Assembly: GCA_965197745.1 (NCBI GenBank)
Contig: CBDANS010000007.1
Span: 224,001 to 288,000 of the forward strand
Origin: Opitutales bacterium
Lineage (GTDB): Bacteria > Verrucomicrobiota > Verrucomicrobiia > Opitutales > PNEW01
DNA length: 64,000 nt
Direction of reading: 5' to 3'
Of the stretch, positions 50,317-61,892 are shown piece after piece. The notes below the pieces were generated by a model that was not told the origin of the DNA, did no database searches, and worked only from the letters and a program-made list of their open reading frames with translations. Each line of letters starts with the position of its first letter. Position 1 is the stretch's first letter. The translations under genes were made by a program, and so were the position numbers.

Positions 50317-50562
50317 TCAGTAGCAATTAATCGAACCAACGGCGCAGATTTACAATTCTGAGTACGACACGCTCTATTACAGGTGTCGGGTGTTTATTAT
50401 TGAGATGGCGTAGTTCTATTTTAAATTCACAGAACATACCCGGTAGCTCCGCTTTAATCCGCACTGTTTCTCATCTCTATTGTGCTTAGGGAGTTAATCC
50501 CGCAAAAAAGGATAATTGGGTTGGAATTTAAGTCTTATTGAAGCATATTACTGAAGAGGGCG

Positions 50563-51846
50563 ATGAAATCGAAGGTTATATCCGTCATAATGGGTGGAGG
50601 TAGAGGCAAGCGACTACACCCGTTGACCAAAATGCGATGTAAACCCGCAGTCCCTCTGGGTGGGAAATACCGACTGGTAGATATTCCTATCAGCAACTGC
50701 CTGAATTCCGGACTCAATCAGATTTATGTTCTCACTCAGTTTAATACCGCTTCACTTCACCGGCATATTCAGGAATCCTATAACTTTGATCCCTTTGGCG
50801 GAGGATTTGTTGACATTCTATCAGCAGAGCAGACTGAAGCAGGAGAAAGCTGGTATCAGGGAACTGCCGATGCGGTACGTCAGAATATGCACCATTTTAA
50901 TGCGAAAAATAATGATCTTTTCCTGATTCTCTCGGGTGACCAACTCTATCGCATGGATTTCAACGCGATCATTGATCAACACCGAAAAACCCAAGCCGAT
51001 GTCACCATTGCGGCAAAAGCAATCCCCCTATCTCATATCGAGGGGTTGGGGCTCATGCACGTGGAAGATGATCTGGAGATCAAGGAATTTGTAGAAAAAC
51101 CTAACGATGCCAAAACGATTGAGGGACTTCAACTCAGTGATAAACTAATGAAAGGGATTAACCATGATGAAGGTGGAAAATACTGCCTGGCATCCATGGG
51201 CATTTATGTTTTTAACGATGAAACCCTTCGTGATTCGCTTAACCATATAACTTCTGCTGATTTTGGCCGTGAAATTATACCGCAATTATTAGGTAAAGTC
51301 CGGCTTTATAGTTATATCTTTGATGACTACTGGGAAGATATTGGAAGTGTTCGCGCTTTCTTTGAAGCCAATCTTCGCCTCACTGACCCGCTACCGCCTT
51401 TCAACTTTTTCGATCAGGACCGCGTTATTTACACCCATCCCCGTTACCTGCCCGCAAGCAAAATCAATAATGCGTCAATTGAAAATTCTATCATTGCCGA
51501 TGGGTGTATTATTTCCGGAGCCACCCTAAAACGCAGTGTAATCGGTGTGCGTTCGGCCATCGAGAATGGCACCCGTTTGGAAAATGTGGTGATGATGGGG
51601 CAAGATCATTTTGAAAATCTCGACGAACTTGATCACGATCTGGATTTTAATATTCCACAAATTGGAATTGGCAAAAATTGTTGCATCAAAGATGCGATCA
51701 TCGATAAAAATGCGCGCATTGGTGATAACGTGAAAATATCACCGGAAGATAAACCTGATAATTATGAGAATGGTGACATTGTGGTACGCGATGGTGTTCT
51801 TATTGTTACTAAAAATGCAATTGTCCCTGAAAACACCGAAATTTAA
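50563..51846 (+). CDS. glgC: Glucose-1-phosphate adenylyltransferase
   Basis: GGGRGKRL, KPAVPLGGKYRLVD, WYQGTADAV, FVEKP, ASMGIY, YWEDIG. Confidence 0.96.
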   Translation: MKSKVISVIMGGGRGKRLHPLTKMRCKPAVPLGGKYRLVDIPISNCLNSGLNQIYVLTQFNTASLHRHIQESYNFDPFGGGFVDILSAEQTEAGESWYQGTADAVRQNMHHFNAKNNDLFLILSGDQLYRMDFNAIIDQHRKTQADVTIAAKAIPLSHIEGLGLMHVEDDLEIKEFVEKPNDAKTIEGLQLSDKLMKGINHDEGGKYCLASMGIYVFNDETLRDSLNHITSADFGREIIPQLLGKVRLYSYIFDDYWEDIGSVRAFFEANLRLTDPLPPFNFFDQDRVIYTHPRYLPASKINNASIENSIIADGCIISGATLKRSVIGVRSAIENGTRLENVVMMGQDHFENLDELDHDLDFNIPQIGIGKNCCIKDAIIDKNARIGDNVKISPEDKPDNYENGDIVVRDGVLIVTKNAIVPENTEI

Positions 51847-51896
51847 CCGTTACACCGGTCTGAAAAAGTGATCAAAACTCTCTATGAGCAGACAGC

Positions 51897-52760
51897 ATGA
51901 CTACAGAAAAAGCCATAAATAAACTCCTTGTATGCACCGACGGTTCTGACTATTCGCAAGTATGTTGCCAATACGCCGCATGGTTATCGGGCCGCACCGG
52001 GGCATCTATTGACTTGCTCTACCTCACAGATTTGCGGCAATTTGAAGTGCCTCTTGTTGCCGACCTTAGTGGAAGCCTCGGTATCCAACCCTACCAGGAT
52101 ATGCTTACGCATCTTCAGGAATTAGAGAAACACAAGGCCGAAGTGATCGATAAAAATGCCCGTGATGTTTTCGCCAAGCATGAGTTAAAAAATTCAATTA
52201 AATTCAATCACCATACGGGTCTGCTCGTCGATTGCCTGGAAGATTACGAGAAGGACGTTGACCTCGTCCTGCTTGGAAAGCGTGGAGAAAATGCTGATTT
52301 TGCCACCGGGCACCTGGGTTCAAACATGGAACGTGTCATTCGCGCCAGTAAAAAACCTACGCTCACCACATCACGAAAATTCAGACCTATTAATAAAATA
52401 CTTCTCGCTTACGATGGGGGACCCAGCTGTCATGACGCACTTCAGTTTCTCTATGATAATGCAGCCTTTAATGACCTGGAACTACATATTGTCACGGTAT
52501 CTGAAAGCGAGGATGATAAAATAGCTTTTGAAAACCTTGAGCAGGCCAAGTCAGTTAATTATGAAGGTAAGGGTAAAACGGTTTTTCAATTACTTAATGG
52601 TAATGTGGAAGATCAAATTATCCGCTATGTTGATAATGAAGAGATCGACCTCCTGGTGATGGGAGTTTACGGGCACAGTCGCATCCGCTACTTATTGATT
52701 GGCAGCACAACCACCACGATGATTCGCGCCTGTCGTATCCCCGTGCTTTGCTTCCGGTAA
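51897..52760 (+). CDS. Universal stress protein (tandem Usp domains)
   Basis: CTDGS, LGKRG...LGS, AYDG, MGVYGHSR...GSTT. Confidence 0.9.
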   Translation: MTTEKAINKLLVCTDGSDYSQVCCQYAAWLSGRTGASIDLLYLTDLRQFEVPLVADLSGSLGIQPYQDMLTHLQELEKHKAEVIDKNARDVFAKHELKNSIKFNHHTGLLVDCLEDYEKDVDLVLLGKRGENADFATGHLGSNMERVIRASKKPTLTTSRKFRPINKILLAYDGGPSCHDALQFLYDNAAFNDLELHIVTVSESEDDKIAFENLEQAKSVNYEGKGKTVFQLLNGNVEDQIIRYVDNEEIDLLVMGVYGHSRIRYLLIGSTTTTMIRACRIPVLCFR

Positions 52761-52917
52761 ATTGGCTATCTATAAACACATGTTGCGCGCATACCGTTAA
52801 TGTTTAGAACGCTATACATTGCATTGAGATAATCAGTAGGATAGCTTACCGGTTATCCGTTTATTCGGATTTAATTCATCAGTGTAAAATTGTGTTTTAC
52901 TAGTGGTTTAAAAACCC

Positions 52918-53976
52918 ATGCGGAAGATCATCCATATCGACATGGATTGCTTTTATGCGGCAATTGAGATCCGCGATCAGCCCGATCTTGCCAGGAAAGC
53001 AGTAGCAGTAGGCGGTACCTCGGGACGGGGCGTCCTTACTACCTGCAACTATGAAGCGAGGAAATTCGGGTGCCACTCTGCCATGCCCACTTTTAAAGCT
53101 CTACAACTTTGTCCGGACCTGATAATTCTCCCTCCAAATTTCTCGCTTTATCAGAGTGAGTCTCGTCGTATTCGCAAAATTCTTTTAAGTTATACACCGA
53201 AGGTTGAACCGCTCTCGCTCGATGAGGCCTTTCTTGATGTATCAGCTCTGCGGCGTTCAGGAGGGGAAATTGCCTCGGATTTGAGGAGAGAGATATATGA
53301 AACGACAAATCTTACCGCATCTTCAGGAATTGCACCCAATAAGCTATTGGCTAAAATCGCCAGTGATTGGCATAAGCCAAACGGTCAATTCGAAATAAAG
53401 TCAGAAGCGATTCCTGATTTTATGAAGACCCTTTCTGTTAACAAAATCTGGGGAGTAGGTCCGAAAAGCGTCGAAAAATTGAATGAGATTGGCGTAAAGA
53501 ATTGCGGTCAATTGCAGGGCTTAACGGTACTTGAGCTGGAGCGATTATTCGGTAAATTCGGCGATGAGCTCTATCACCTCTGTCGCGGGAAAGATGATCG
53601 GATAGTAGAACCTCATCGTGTGCGGAAATCAATGAGCAACGAGCGTACTTTCAGGGTCGACCTGGACTCCCTCGCTGAATGCGAACATGAACTCGCAAAA
53701 TTGCACCTGGAATTACGGAAGGAATTAGAGATGAACGCTTCTCATCGAGAGATAAATAAACTGTTTGTTAAATTAAAATTTTCAGATTTCAAGCGAACTA
53801 CGGTGGAATGTCCGGGGACCCATCCGGATTTAGAGGTCTTCAAAACATTACTTGAGGAAGCCTATGGGCGAAGCCTTTTAAACGTACGTCTGATTGGAGC
53901 GGGAGTAAGGTTTCGTGATATTGAGAAGAGCCGTTGGTCGCAACTGGATCTCGCCCTCATTGAGGGCGTGGACTAA
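52918..53976 (+). CDS. dinB: DNA polymerase IV
   Basis: HIDMDCFYA, NYEARKFG, SLDEAFLD, NKLLAKIASDWHKPNG. Confidence 0.96.
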   Translation: MRKIIHIDMDCFYAAIEIRDQPDLARKAVAVGGTSGRGVLTTCNYEARKFGCHSAMPTFKALQLCPDLIILPPNFSLYQSESRRIRKILLSYTPKVEPLSLDEAFLDVSALRRSGGEIASDLRREIYETTNLTASSGIAPNKLLAKIASDWHKPNGQFEIKSEAIPDFMKTLSVNKIWGVGPKSVEKLNEIGVKNCGQLQGLTVLELERLFGKFGDELYHLCRGKDDRIVEPHRVRKSMSNERTFRVDLDSLAECEHELAKLHLELRKELEMNASHREINKLFVKLKFSDFKRTTVECPGTHPDLEVFKTLLEEAYGRSLLNVRLIGAGVRFRDIEKSRWSQLDLALIEGVD

Positions 53977-54061
53977 TCCCTGTAAACCAGGCAATTTCTC
54001 AAAGTAACGAAAAGAATGATGCTTGACCCATTCAGGGAAAAAACCAACTTTTAGCGCTCTT

Positions 54062-55573
54062 ATGTCAGAGCAGGTTGTCTCTTCAGTAAACATGGATACC
54101 CTCGTCGGCCTGTGCAAGCGTCGCGGATTTATTTATCAATCTTCCGAAATCTTTGGGGGTATTAATGGGTTTTTTGACTATGCCCCGCTGGGGGTTGAAA
54201 TGCGTCGAAATATCAAAGAAGCGTGGTGGCGTGATATGGTCCACCGTCGCGAGGATATCGTAGGTATTGACGCATCCATAATCATGCACCCTGACGTCTG
54301 GAAAGCATCGGGCCATCTCGAAAATTTCACGGACCCGATGGTCGACTGTAAAGAGTCAAAAATGCGCTACCGTGCCGATCATTTATATTATGCATCCGTT
54401 ATCGTCGATGGTGAATTGATCGGTTATATCTCGGTTCTGGAATCACCGGATATAGAGGATAAGGCAAAAGAGCAAGCTGAGGCTTTGAAGCGAAAATTGG
54501 CGAAACAAGGTAAGCTACAGGCGATTGAGCTGAAAGAATACATGGAGGCGGGAGAGGATGAGTGTAGTCTCATTCCATCACCCGCTACGGGTCAACCGGG
54601 TTCATTAACTCCGCCACGCAATTTTAATCTCATGTTTCAGACCTATGTAGGAGCCTTGCGCGATGAGTCATCTCTTGCCTACCTGCGACCAGAGACTGCT
54701 CAAGGTATTTTCACAAATTTTAAAAATGTTGTTGATACGGGGCGGGTAAAAATACCCTTTGGGATCGCGCAGATCGGTAAGGCTTTCCGCAATGAAATCA
54801 CGCCGCGTAATTTTATTTTTCGCTCCCGCGAATTTGAAGCTATGGAGATTGAATATTTCATTCCCCCTGATGATGATATCTGGCCGAAGTATCATCGTGA
54901 TTGGATCGATACCCGGTTAGATTGGTTCGAGAGTATCGGAATAAGTCGTGATTTGCTTGGAGAAGATATTCACCCGAAAGAAAAACTGTCTCATTACTCT
55001 AGAGCTACGACGGACATTACTTTTCATTATCCTTTTGGCGTGCAAGAGCTCGAGGGAATTTCTGCTCGCGGTGACTATGATCTGCGCCAGCATCAGGAAC
55101 ACTCCGGGAAATCGATGGAATACTTCGATGAGGCGCGTAAGGAACGCTACCTACCCCATGTTATAGAACCGGCCCTTGGTGTGGATCGCACCTTTCTTGC
55201 CGTCTTATGCGCGGCTTATAAAGAAGACGAAATCGACGGTGACAAACGCGTTGTCCTGCGGTTTCATCCGCGGATAGCCCCGATTAAGGCAGCGGTGTTT
55301 CCACTTGTTAAAAACAAACCCGATCTTGTTAAGAAGGCGCGTGAAATATTCAAGCGTCTCCAACTTCGCTGGAATGTATTTTATGACGAATCAGGCGCAA
55401 TTGGCCGCCGTTACCGTCGTATGGATGAGATCGGCACACCCTTTGGGATAACTATCGATTTTGATACCCTTGAAGACGGCACTATTACCCTTCGCGATCG
55501 CGATACCACAAAACAGGCGCGTTTAAATGAGAATGAACTCATGGCCCACCTGAGTGAAAAAATAGAGGGTTGA
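54062..55573 (+). CDS. glyQS: Glycine--tRNA ligase (homodimeric type)
   Basis: [35 protein letters not shown]-like [15 protein letters not shown]; start placed at ATG 54062. Confidence 0.96.
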   Translation: MSEQVVSSVNMDTLVGLCKRRGFIYQSSEIFGGINGFFDYAPLGVEMRRNIKEAWWRDMVHRREDIVGIDASIIMHPDVWKASGHLENFTDPMVDCKESKMRYRADHLYYASVIVDGELIGYISVLESPDIEDKAKEQAEALKRKLAKQGKLQAIELKEYMEAGEDECSLIPSPATGQPGSLTPPRNFNLMFQTYVGALRDESSLAYLRPETAQGIFTNFKNVVDTGRVKIPFGIAQIGKAFRNEITPRNFIFRSREFEAMEIEYFIPPDDDIWPKYHRDWIDTRLDWFESIGISRDLLGEDIHPKEKLSHYSRATTDITFHYPFGVQELEGISARGDYDLRQHQEHSGKSMEYFDEARKERYLPHVIEPALGVDRTFLAVLCAAYKEDEIDGDKRVVLRFHPRIAPIKAAVFPLVKNKPDLVKKAREIFKRLQLRWNVFYDESGAIGRRYRRMDEIGTPFGITIDFDTLEDGTITLRDRDTTKQARLNENELMAHLSEKIEG

Positions 55574-55718
55574 AGTTTAGCTTGTTGTAAGCTTTGTCGA
55601 GTGCTTCAAATTAGTCTGAGATGGATTACTTTAATGGGGTATATTTTTTTCACGCCATCCAGAATTAGAGGTTCCTTGACTAATATACCGAGTCGGTTTT
55701 TAATTATGCGCTATACTG

Positions 55719-56516
55719 ATGCAGAAACTCACTACCAGGCGACATACGGATTATTTTGAATATCATACACTGTCTGATGAGCAATTGCATTTCTATAATG
55801 AGAATGGTTATCTCCTGCTAGGGCGCACCCTTACCGATAAGGGCGTTGAACTGATGCTTGAACAGAGCATGCAGGCATGGGCCGCCGAAAAAGGTGAATA
55901 TGATCCTGAAAAAAACTGGCTCCAGAATGCATTGCTTACGAATATCCATCACAAGTCACCACTCGTCAGGAACTATTATTTTGAAGGTCCTCTCGTAGAT
56001 GTTGCTGAACAGATTATCGGCCCTAATATTAAAGGAGTTACTACTCAACTTACATTTAAAATGCGCGGTAATACGAAACCATTTAACTGGCATCAGGATA
56101 ACGGATACGGCGAACTTGAACCTTACAACGCTATCTCCTGTTTAACAGCATTGGAAGACAATGACGAGAATAGCGGGTGCATCAGGATAATCCCTGGCAG
56201 TCATAAGGACGGACAGAGAAAAGTGGTGCATTCCAGCGAGGACAAAGATCAACGGAAAGATATCAAACTCGAAGTCGATGAGTCAAAAGCAGTTCCTTCC
56301 CCCTTGAAAGCAGGGGAGTGTCTTTTTTTCAATTGTTGGATGCTCCATCAGTCAAAGGGTAATTTTTCCAAGGATCGTGATCGTCGTATTCTCTTCATGC
56401 GGTATGCCGATGCCGACGCTATTGAAGTCTATAACGATGGTAAACCACGTCTCGGGCGTTTAGTAAGAGGCCAAACCCGCTTTCCCGAAGTCGCTTCATT
56501 TGAAACGGACCTTTAA
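55719..56516 (+). CDS. Phytanoyl-CoA dioxygenase (PhyH) family Fe(II)/2-oxoglutarate dioxygenase
   Basis: YNENGY, WHQD, PGSH, GECLFF..LH..N..R. Confidence 0.88.
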   Translation: MQKLTTRRHTDYFEYHTLSDEQLHFYNENGYLLLGRTLTDKGVELMLEQSMQAWAAEKGEYDPEKNWLQNALLTNIHHKSPLVRNYYFEGPLVDVAEQIIGPNIKGVTTQLTFKMRGNTKPFNWHQDNGYGELEPYNAISCLTALEDNDENSGCIRIIPGSHKDGQRKVVHSSEDKDQRKDIKLEVDESKAVPSPLKAGECLFFNCWMLHQSKGNFSKDRDRRILFMRYADADAIEVYNDGKPRLGRLVRGQTRFPEVASFETDL

Positions 56517-56580
56517 GTCAGAATTGCATTACCTTATGGTTAGCGGAGCTGCCATTATCGTAACACGGATAGCGCTCAAT

Positions 56581-57534
56581 TTAATATTCTATATTACCGT
56601 GAATCTCATCATGGTACCAATTAACCATGCGCTCAAGACCCACTCTCGGAGATATCTTCGGGTTATAATCTAAAAGCTTGCGTGCTTTGCTGATATCAGC
56701 GCAGGTGGCAATCTGGTCGCCCGGACGTTGGGGTTGTTTTTTGATTATTACCTTTCTGCCCATTATAGCTTCAATCGTGCTTATCCCTTCACCTGTGCTT
56801 ATCGAGGCATCGTTCCCGAGATTAAATATTTCACCCACTGCTGAATCCCACTTTTCAAGCACCGCAACCATGCCATCAATAATATCACTTATGTAGGTAT
56901 AGCTGCGCTCGTGATCCATGCTTCCTTCAAAGAGTGGAAATTCAGTGTTAGTAGCAATGGCCTTGATAAGTTTCGGATAAAGTTTATCGGGGCGCTCTCT
57001 TTCACCGTATACAGAGTAGAGTCGTAGCGAACAGGCGGGTAATTTTGATATATGCTGGCGAGCGAAAACAAGCTGTTCAGCAGCCAGCTTGGTTACCCCA
57101 TATAAGGAAGCAGGTTTGGGAGCAGTCTCTTCATTCTTCCTGGCATACACACCATAAACCGATGATGTCGAAATATTGATAAAAGCCTTTAACGCCGGTG
57201 CGTTGTTCAAGCCTTCAAGGAGCTGTTGTGTCGCGAGGATATTGTTACGGAAGTATGACTCAAATGAAGTACTCGCATTGTTACCCGGTTGTGCTGCGAG
57301 ATGAAAGACCCCTTCGATATCTTTCAGCTGTGAAGTTATATCATCTGAATAGAGATCCGTGACACTCATTTCAATTCCCCCATCAGAAAGTTTTTTAAAA
57401 TTATTTTTTTTCAACTTCGGTGAATAATAATTGTCCAGTGAATCAATACCCGAGACATCATGCCCCTCATGTTTTAATCTTTCTGCGAGGTGTGAGCCGA
57501 TAAATCCAGCTGCTCCGGTAACTAATAGCTTCAT
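56581..57534 (-). CDS. NAD-dependent nucleotide-sugar epimerase/dehydratase
   Basis: TGAAGFIG, HLAAQPG, STSSVYG, YGVTK, VYG...RPD. Confidence 0.92.
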   Translation of the reverse strand: MKLLVTGAAGFIGSHLAERLKHEGHDVSGIDSLDNYYSPKLKKNNFKKLSDGGIEMSVTDLYSDDITSQLKDIEGVFHLAAQPGNNASTSFESYFRNNILATQQLLEGLNNAPALKAFINISTSSVYGVYARKNEETAPKPASLYGVTKLAAEQLVFARQHISKLPACSLRLYSVYGERERPDKLYPKLIKAIATNTEFPLFEGSMDHERSYTYISDIIDGMVAVLEKWDSAVGEIFNLGNDASISTGEGISTIEAIMGRKVIIKKQPQRPGDQIATCADISKARKLLDYNPKISPRVGLERMVNWYHDEIHGNIEY

Positions 57535-57561
57535 AATCAGGTTGGAAAAATGTATTTCTCT

Positions 57562-59280
57562 TTAGCTGTCTTCAGTAAATCTCCAATCAACCAGTTTGAG
57601 CTGAGGCGATTTTCGACCATTCCAGAAATTCCATGCCAGTTTGGCGGCTAAATCTATGGGTTTGTTTCGAGGAGGAATTTTATCACCCTGGTTCCAGGCT
57701 ACTCCAAATAGGCGCATGCCGCTATTGGGTTCAAGCTGGAAACGGAAGTGATTTTGACCAAACGGTTCTGGTTGTGACTTTAATATAATATTGTGCAAAC
57801 CAAATATAGGCTCTGCGTTGCCTTGGCCAAATGGATGGAGGAGATTTAAATCATCGAGAAACTGCTCATTGATGGACTCGGGGGTTATCCATATGGCAAT
57901 TTCTAATTCTGGCTCTTGCCGCAAACCTTTCAAATAATCATCTACGGCCTCATGAAATGCTTTTTGAAATTCCATTAAACGACTGGGGTCAAGAGAGACA
58001 CCAACGGCCATGGGATGCCCTCCCCACTGCCCAAGCAATTCTTGACACTTTTTGAGGATCTCAACCAGGTTGACTCCCTTGATACTTCGTCCCGAACCTT
58101 TAGCCAAATTTCCTTCAGCCCCTAAAACAATACAGGGCCGATAATATTTTTGGGTCATGCGACTGGCAACGATACCCACTACGCCGGGGTGCCACGCATC
58201 GTTATAAAGGACAATTCCCGCAACCTCAGGACAGGTATTTTCAAATAGCTCTATTGCTTCTGAAAAAATATTGCGTTCAATAGCCCGGCGTTCCTCATTA
58301 AAGTTATTGAGCGTGTGTGCTGCTTCCTGGCACAGCTTTTGATCATCGCTCAAGAGCATTTTAATGGGAAGAGTAGCGTCAGCTAATCGCCCGCTGGCAT
58401 TTATACGGGGACTTAAACGATAGGATATATCCACCGTTGACACCTCTTCTCCGAGTGTCATGCCACTTATTTCGCAGAGGGCGTTTAGGCCCAGACGATT
58501 AGAATTTTTGAGGGAGTTTAATCCCGCCTTAGTTAGAATGCGGTTTTCCCCGCAAAGGGGAACGAGATCAGCGATAGTCCCCATTGCCACGAGGTCTAGA
58601 TAGTCTTTCAACTCGATATCACTGGCCAGGGGATGGCCGCGATTACGCAATTCTTTAAGAAAGCCGTGCACTAATTTAAAGACAAGCCCAACGCTGCATA
58701 AGTGTCGCCATGGCTCTGCTTCGTTGTCATAAACATGAGGATTAATAATAATACAATCATTGGGTATTGCTTCTTTCGAAGGGTGGTGATCAATAATAAT
58801 GACATCAACCCCCTGTTCACGGAGGAAAGAAACTTCATCATTTGAATTGGTTCCACAATCGATGGCGATGAAAAGATTTACATGGCCTCCTTGTAGGGCC
58901 CGTTCTATAGCGGCATGGGAAAGGCCATATCCTTCCTCCATGCGTCTTGGTACGAGATAGCGTGGATAAAGACTAAAACGATTGAGGATACTGACGAGTA
59001 ATACAGTACTCGTTATGCCGTCGACATCATAGTCGCCAAGGATCAGGATTTCTTCATTCGATGCCATCGCCTGGCACAACCGCTCCACCGCGCGCTTGAG
59101 ATTGGTGACACGAAAGGGATCATCAAGCACCCCAAGCCGGGGGTTAATGAAGTCATTGACAGCTTGTGTTTCGGTTAATCCCCTGTGGACAAGAAGGCTT
59201 GCTATGATTTTACTGATACCGAGCTGATTGTTTATATTATAAACATGATCCTCGGCTATCGGCGTATTTATCCAGCGCAT
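57562..59280 (-). CDS. recJ: Single-stranded-DNA-specific exonuclease RecJ
   Basis: GDYDVDG, DCG, DHH, GTIAD, PRINASGRL, GSGRS, GGHPMA, PFGQGN. Confidence 0.96.
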   Translation of the reverse strand: MRWINTPIAEDHVYNINNQLGISKIIASLLVHRGLTETQAVNDFINPRLGVLDDPFRVTNLKRAVERLCQAMASNEEILILGDYDVDGITSTVLLVSILNRFSLYPRYLVPRRMEEGYGLSHAAIERALQGGHVNLFIAIDCGTNSNDEVSFLREQGVDVIIIDHHPSKEAIPNDCIIINPHVYDNEAEPWRHLCSVGLVFKLVHGFLKELRNRGHPLASDIELKDYLDLVAMGTIADLVPLCGENRILTKAGLNSLKNSNRLGLNALCEISGMTLGEEVSTVDISYRLSPRINASGRLADATLPIKMLLSDDQKLCQEAAHTLNNFNEERRAIERNIFSEAIELFENTCPEVAGIVLYNDAWHPGVVGIVASRMTQKYYRPCIVLGAEGNLAKGSGRSIKGVNLVEILKKCQELLGQWGGHPMAVGVSLDPSRLMEFQKAFHEAVDDYLKGLRQEPELEIAIWITPESINEQFLDDLNLLHPFGQGNAEPIFGLHNIILKSQPEPFGQNHFRFQLEPNSGMRLFGVAWNQGDKIPPRNKPIDLAAKLAWNFWNGRKSPQLKLVDWRFTEDS

Positions 59281-59288
59281 GATTTACT

Positions 59289-61859
59289 TTAAGTGGTCTT
59301 TCCCGTGCTCTCCCAGTCACGTTTGGGAACCACATCGTGCTGATCTTCGACGTGTCTGCGATCACCTTTATGCCACCAGTAAAATACAGGACTGGCAATA
59401 AAGATAGAGGAAAAAGTACCCGTAAGTATACCGATTAGAAAGACAAGAGCGAAATCGATAATCACTCCAGCCGCAAAAATATAAAGGGCGAGCGTGGCTA
59501 GCATGGTTGTCAAACTGGTTAATATAGTGCGTGCCAACGTGCGGTTAATTGCGTTGTTAACTATTTTTTTAAGGTTCATGCCAGGATTAAGTTCTAACTC
59601 TTCACGTATGCGGTCAAAAACGACAATGCTATCGTTAATAGAGTAGCCTATGACCATAAGGATGGCAGCGACCATCGGCGCGGTGAATTGTCCACTTCCA
59701 ATCCCCAGCATCCCTAGAAGAACAAATAGTCCGAGGGTCATTAATACATCATGGATGGTCGCAACGACAGCACCCACTCCATACCCGAACTCGAATCGAA
59801 AAGCGACGTAAAGCAGTATTCCAATTAAGGCCACGGAGAATGAGAGAAGGGCACTGTACTGAACTTCCTTTCCCACCGATGCGCCAACATGAGTCTCACC
59901 CACCATCTTCAATCCGGCGTTTGGGTAGGCATTTTCTAAAGCGGTGAAAAAGCTTTGTCCCATTTCACTCTCGGTCTGAATTTTTAATATTTCTCCCCCC
60001 TCACCGATGATACTCTGGTAGATGGGATTAACTTCTCCGAAGTCTCCATTCTCGGCGATACGCTGAATTTCCTCGTAACTGAGTTCGCGTTCGTAAGTGA
60101 GGGTAATCTCATCACCTCCGAGGAAATCAATACCGAGGATTTTATTAAAACTGGAGAAAACAGAAATTAAACCAATGAGGACAATGATCCATGATGTGAT
60201 AAAAGCGGGTCTGCGGTAATCGAGAAAATTGATTATATTAGCCTGGTGAATACTTAAACGCATCATTCTTTTAATGAGGCCTGTATTGATGAGGAATTCG
60301 AGAATAAATCGGCTGACGATAAGCGCGCAGAACATGGAAGCCAATATACCAATGGCGAGAGTGACGCCGAATCCCTTTACCGGGCCGGACCCCAGCCAGA
60401 TGAGAATACCCGCGGTAATGAGTGTTGTGACATTGGCATCAATGATTGTCGAAAGCACTTTGTCATATCCGGAGATAAGTGAAGTGAGAAGTTTTTTCCC
60501 GGATTTTAACTCTTCGCGTATGCGTTCAAAGATGAGAATATTGGCATCTACGGCCATGCCTATGGTGAGAATAAGAGCAGCCACACCGGGAAGACTCACA
60601 GTGGCCCCGATGCTGGCCAGCGTTCCCACGACAATGACGATATTTATCGTTACAGAAATTACGGCAACCAGGCCAGCTGATTGGTAGTATATAATCATGA
60701 AAAAGATAACCAGTACCGCGCCGAAGAAAGCGGCTTCGATACTGGCCAGGCGGGCATCCTTGGCCAGGGTTGGACCCACTTCATACATTTCTACGACTTC
60801 AAGGCCAACTTCCAGCGGATTGTTTAAGACATTAGCTAATTCAACTGCTTCTCTTTGTGAAAAGCGTCCAGAGATTTCCGCCCCACCCCGAATTTCATCT
60901 TTTACCGTTGGAGCCGAATAAAGTTTCCCGTCGAGTATAATCGCGAGCTGTCCTAAGATGTTCTGCCTGCTGCTTTTATTTTCTTCGCCTATGCGTCGGG
61001 TGATATCGGCAAATTTATTCTCCCCTTCATCAGTAAAGCTCAAGAGGACACGATACCCGCCAAACTCATTAGGCGAAGCATAGGCATTGCTGATGATTTC
61101 ACCCGTTGTCTCAGGTACTTTTTTGATAAAGTAAGAGCGTTCAACGATTTCGCCACTACGGGGATCCTCGTCTTCTTCGACCATGAGGACGTAACCGGGC
61201 GGTGTCAGTTCAGGTGGTGTCGTGCGGGGGTCTGCGGTGCGGTGGACAAGACTGAACTCAAGGAGAGCGGGCGCCTGGAGAGAATCGATGGCATCGGGAT
61301 TATCGCGGGTGGATAGCCCTGGCATCTGCACTTCGATAGCATTGTTACCCCGAATACGAATCACGGGCTCCGCGACACCCAGACCATCAACGCGGCGGGC
61401 AATAATGCTTTTTGCTTGTGATAATTGTTCATTGCGTTCCCAGTCCTCCTCTGAGAGGTCTTCCTCTTTGACTTTAAAAGTGAAAGCTACACCACCCTTA
61501 AGATCTAACCCCAGCTTTACCTTGCCATGAGATTCATCTAAGAGGTAACGCAAAATAGTATCATTGCGTTTTTTGATATTCTTTATGTCATGCGCGTTGA
61601 TCTCGGGAAAATGTTCTTGAAGATCGATATTCTCCTCATCGACAATCCGCTTCAGCGCAATAAATAGAGTAGGATCCTCTCCGGCTTCAACTTGATCCTT
61701 GGCGCGTTGGAGGATACTATTGAACGTTTCCTCTTTGAATGTAACATTTGCCTTAACAAAGTCTTCAAAGGGGGTGTCCTCCCATGGGACTATATTAAGG
61801 ATAGCCCAGGCGAGAATTAAAGCGGAAACCACACTTTTCCAAAGAATGCTACCAGTCAT
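59289..61859 (-). CDS. secDF: Protein translocase subunit SecDF (fused)
   Basis: LGLDLKGG, GMAVDANILIFERIREE, GIDFLGG, GYSINDSIVVFDRIRE. Confidence 0.96.
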   Translation of the reverse strand: MTGSILWKSVVSALILAWAILNIVPWEDTPFEDFVKANVTFKEETFNSILQRAKDQVEAGEDPTLFIALKRIVDEENIDLQEHFPEINAHDIKNIKKRNDTILRYLLDESHGKVKLGLDLKGGVAFTFKVKEEDLSEEDWERNEQLSQAKSIIARRVDGLGVAEPVIRIRGNNAIEVQMPGLSTRDNPDAIDSLQAPALLEFSLVHRTADPRTTPPELTPPGYVLMVEEDEDPRSGEIVERSYFIKKVPETTGEIISNAYASPNEFGGYRVLLSFTDEGENKFADITRRIGEENKSSRQNILGQLAIILDGKLYSAPTVKDEIRGGAEISGRFSQREAVELANVLNNPLEVGLEVVEMYEVGPTLAKDARLASIEAAFFGAVLVIFFMIIYYQSAGLVAVISVTINIVIVVGTLASIGATVSLPGVAALILTIGMAVDANILIFERIREELKSGKKLLTSLISGYDKVLSTIIDANVTTLITAGILIWLGSGPVKGFGVTLAIGILASMFCALIVSRFILEFLINTGLIKRMMRLSIHQANIINFLDYRRPAFITSWIIVLIGLISVFSSFNKILGIDFLGGDEITLTYERELSYEEIQRIAENGDFGEVNPIYQSIIGEGGEILKIQTESEMGQSFFTALENAYPNAGLKMVGETHVGASVGKEVQYSALLSFSVALIGILLYVAFRFEFGYGVGAVVATIHDVLMTLGLFVLLGMLGIGSGQFTAPMVAAILMVIGYSINDSIVVFDRIREELELNPGMNLKKIVNNAINRTLARTILTSLTTMLATLALYIFAAGVIIDFALVFLIGILTGTFSSIFIASPVFYWWHKGDRRHVEDQHDVVPKRDWESTGKTT

Positions 61860-61892
61860 AAAAGGATAAGCTAGGTCTTAGACAACTGACAC

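Noticed and set aside
52761..52917. Possible LexA box upstream of dinB (TGTTTAGAAC; GTAAAA-N5-TTTTAC)
   Set aside because: Neither fits the TGTTC-N4-GAACA motif I recall for Verrucomicrobia or other LexA boxes I know
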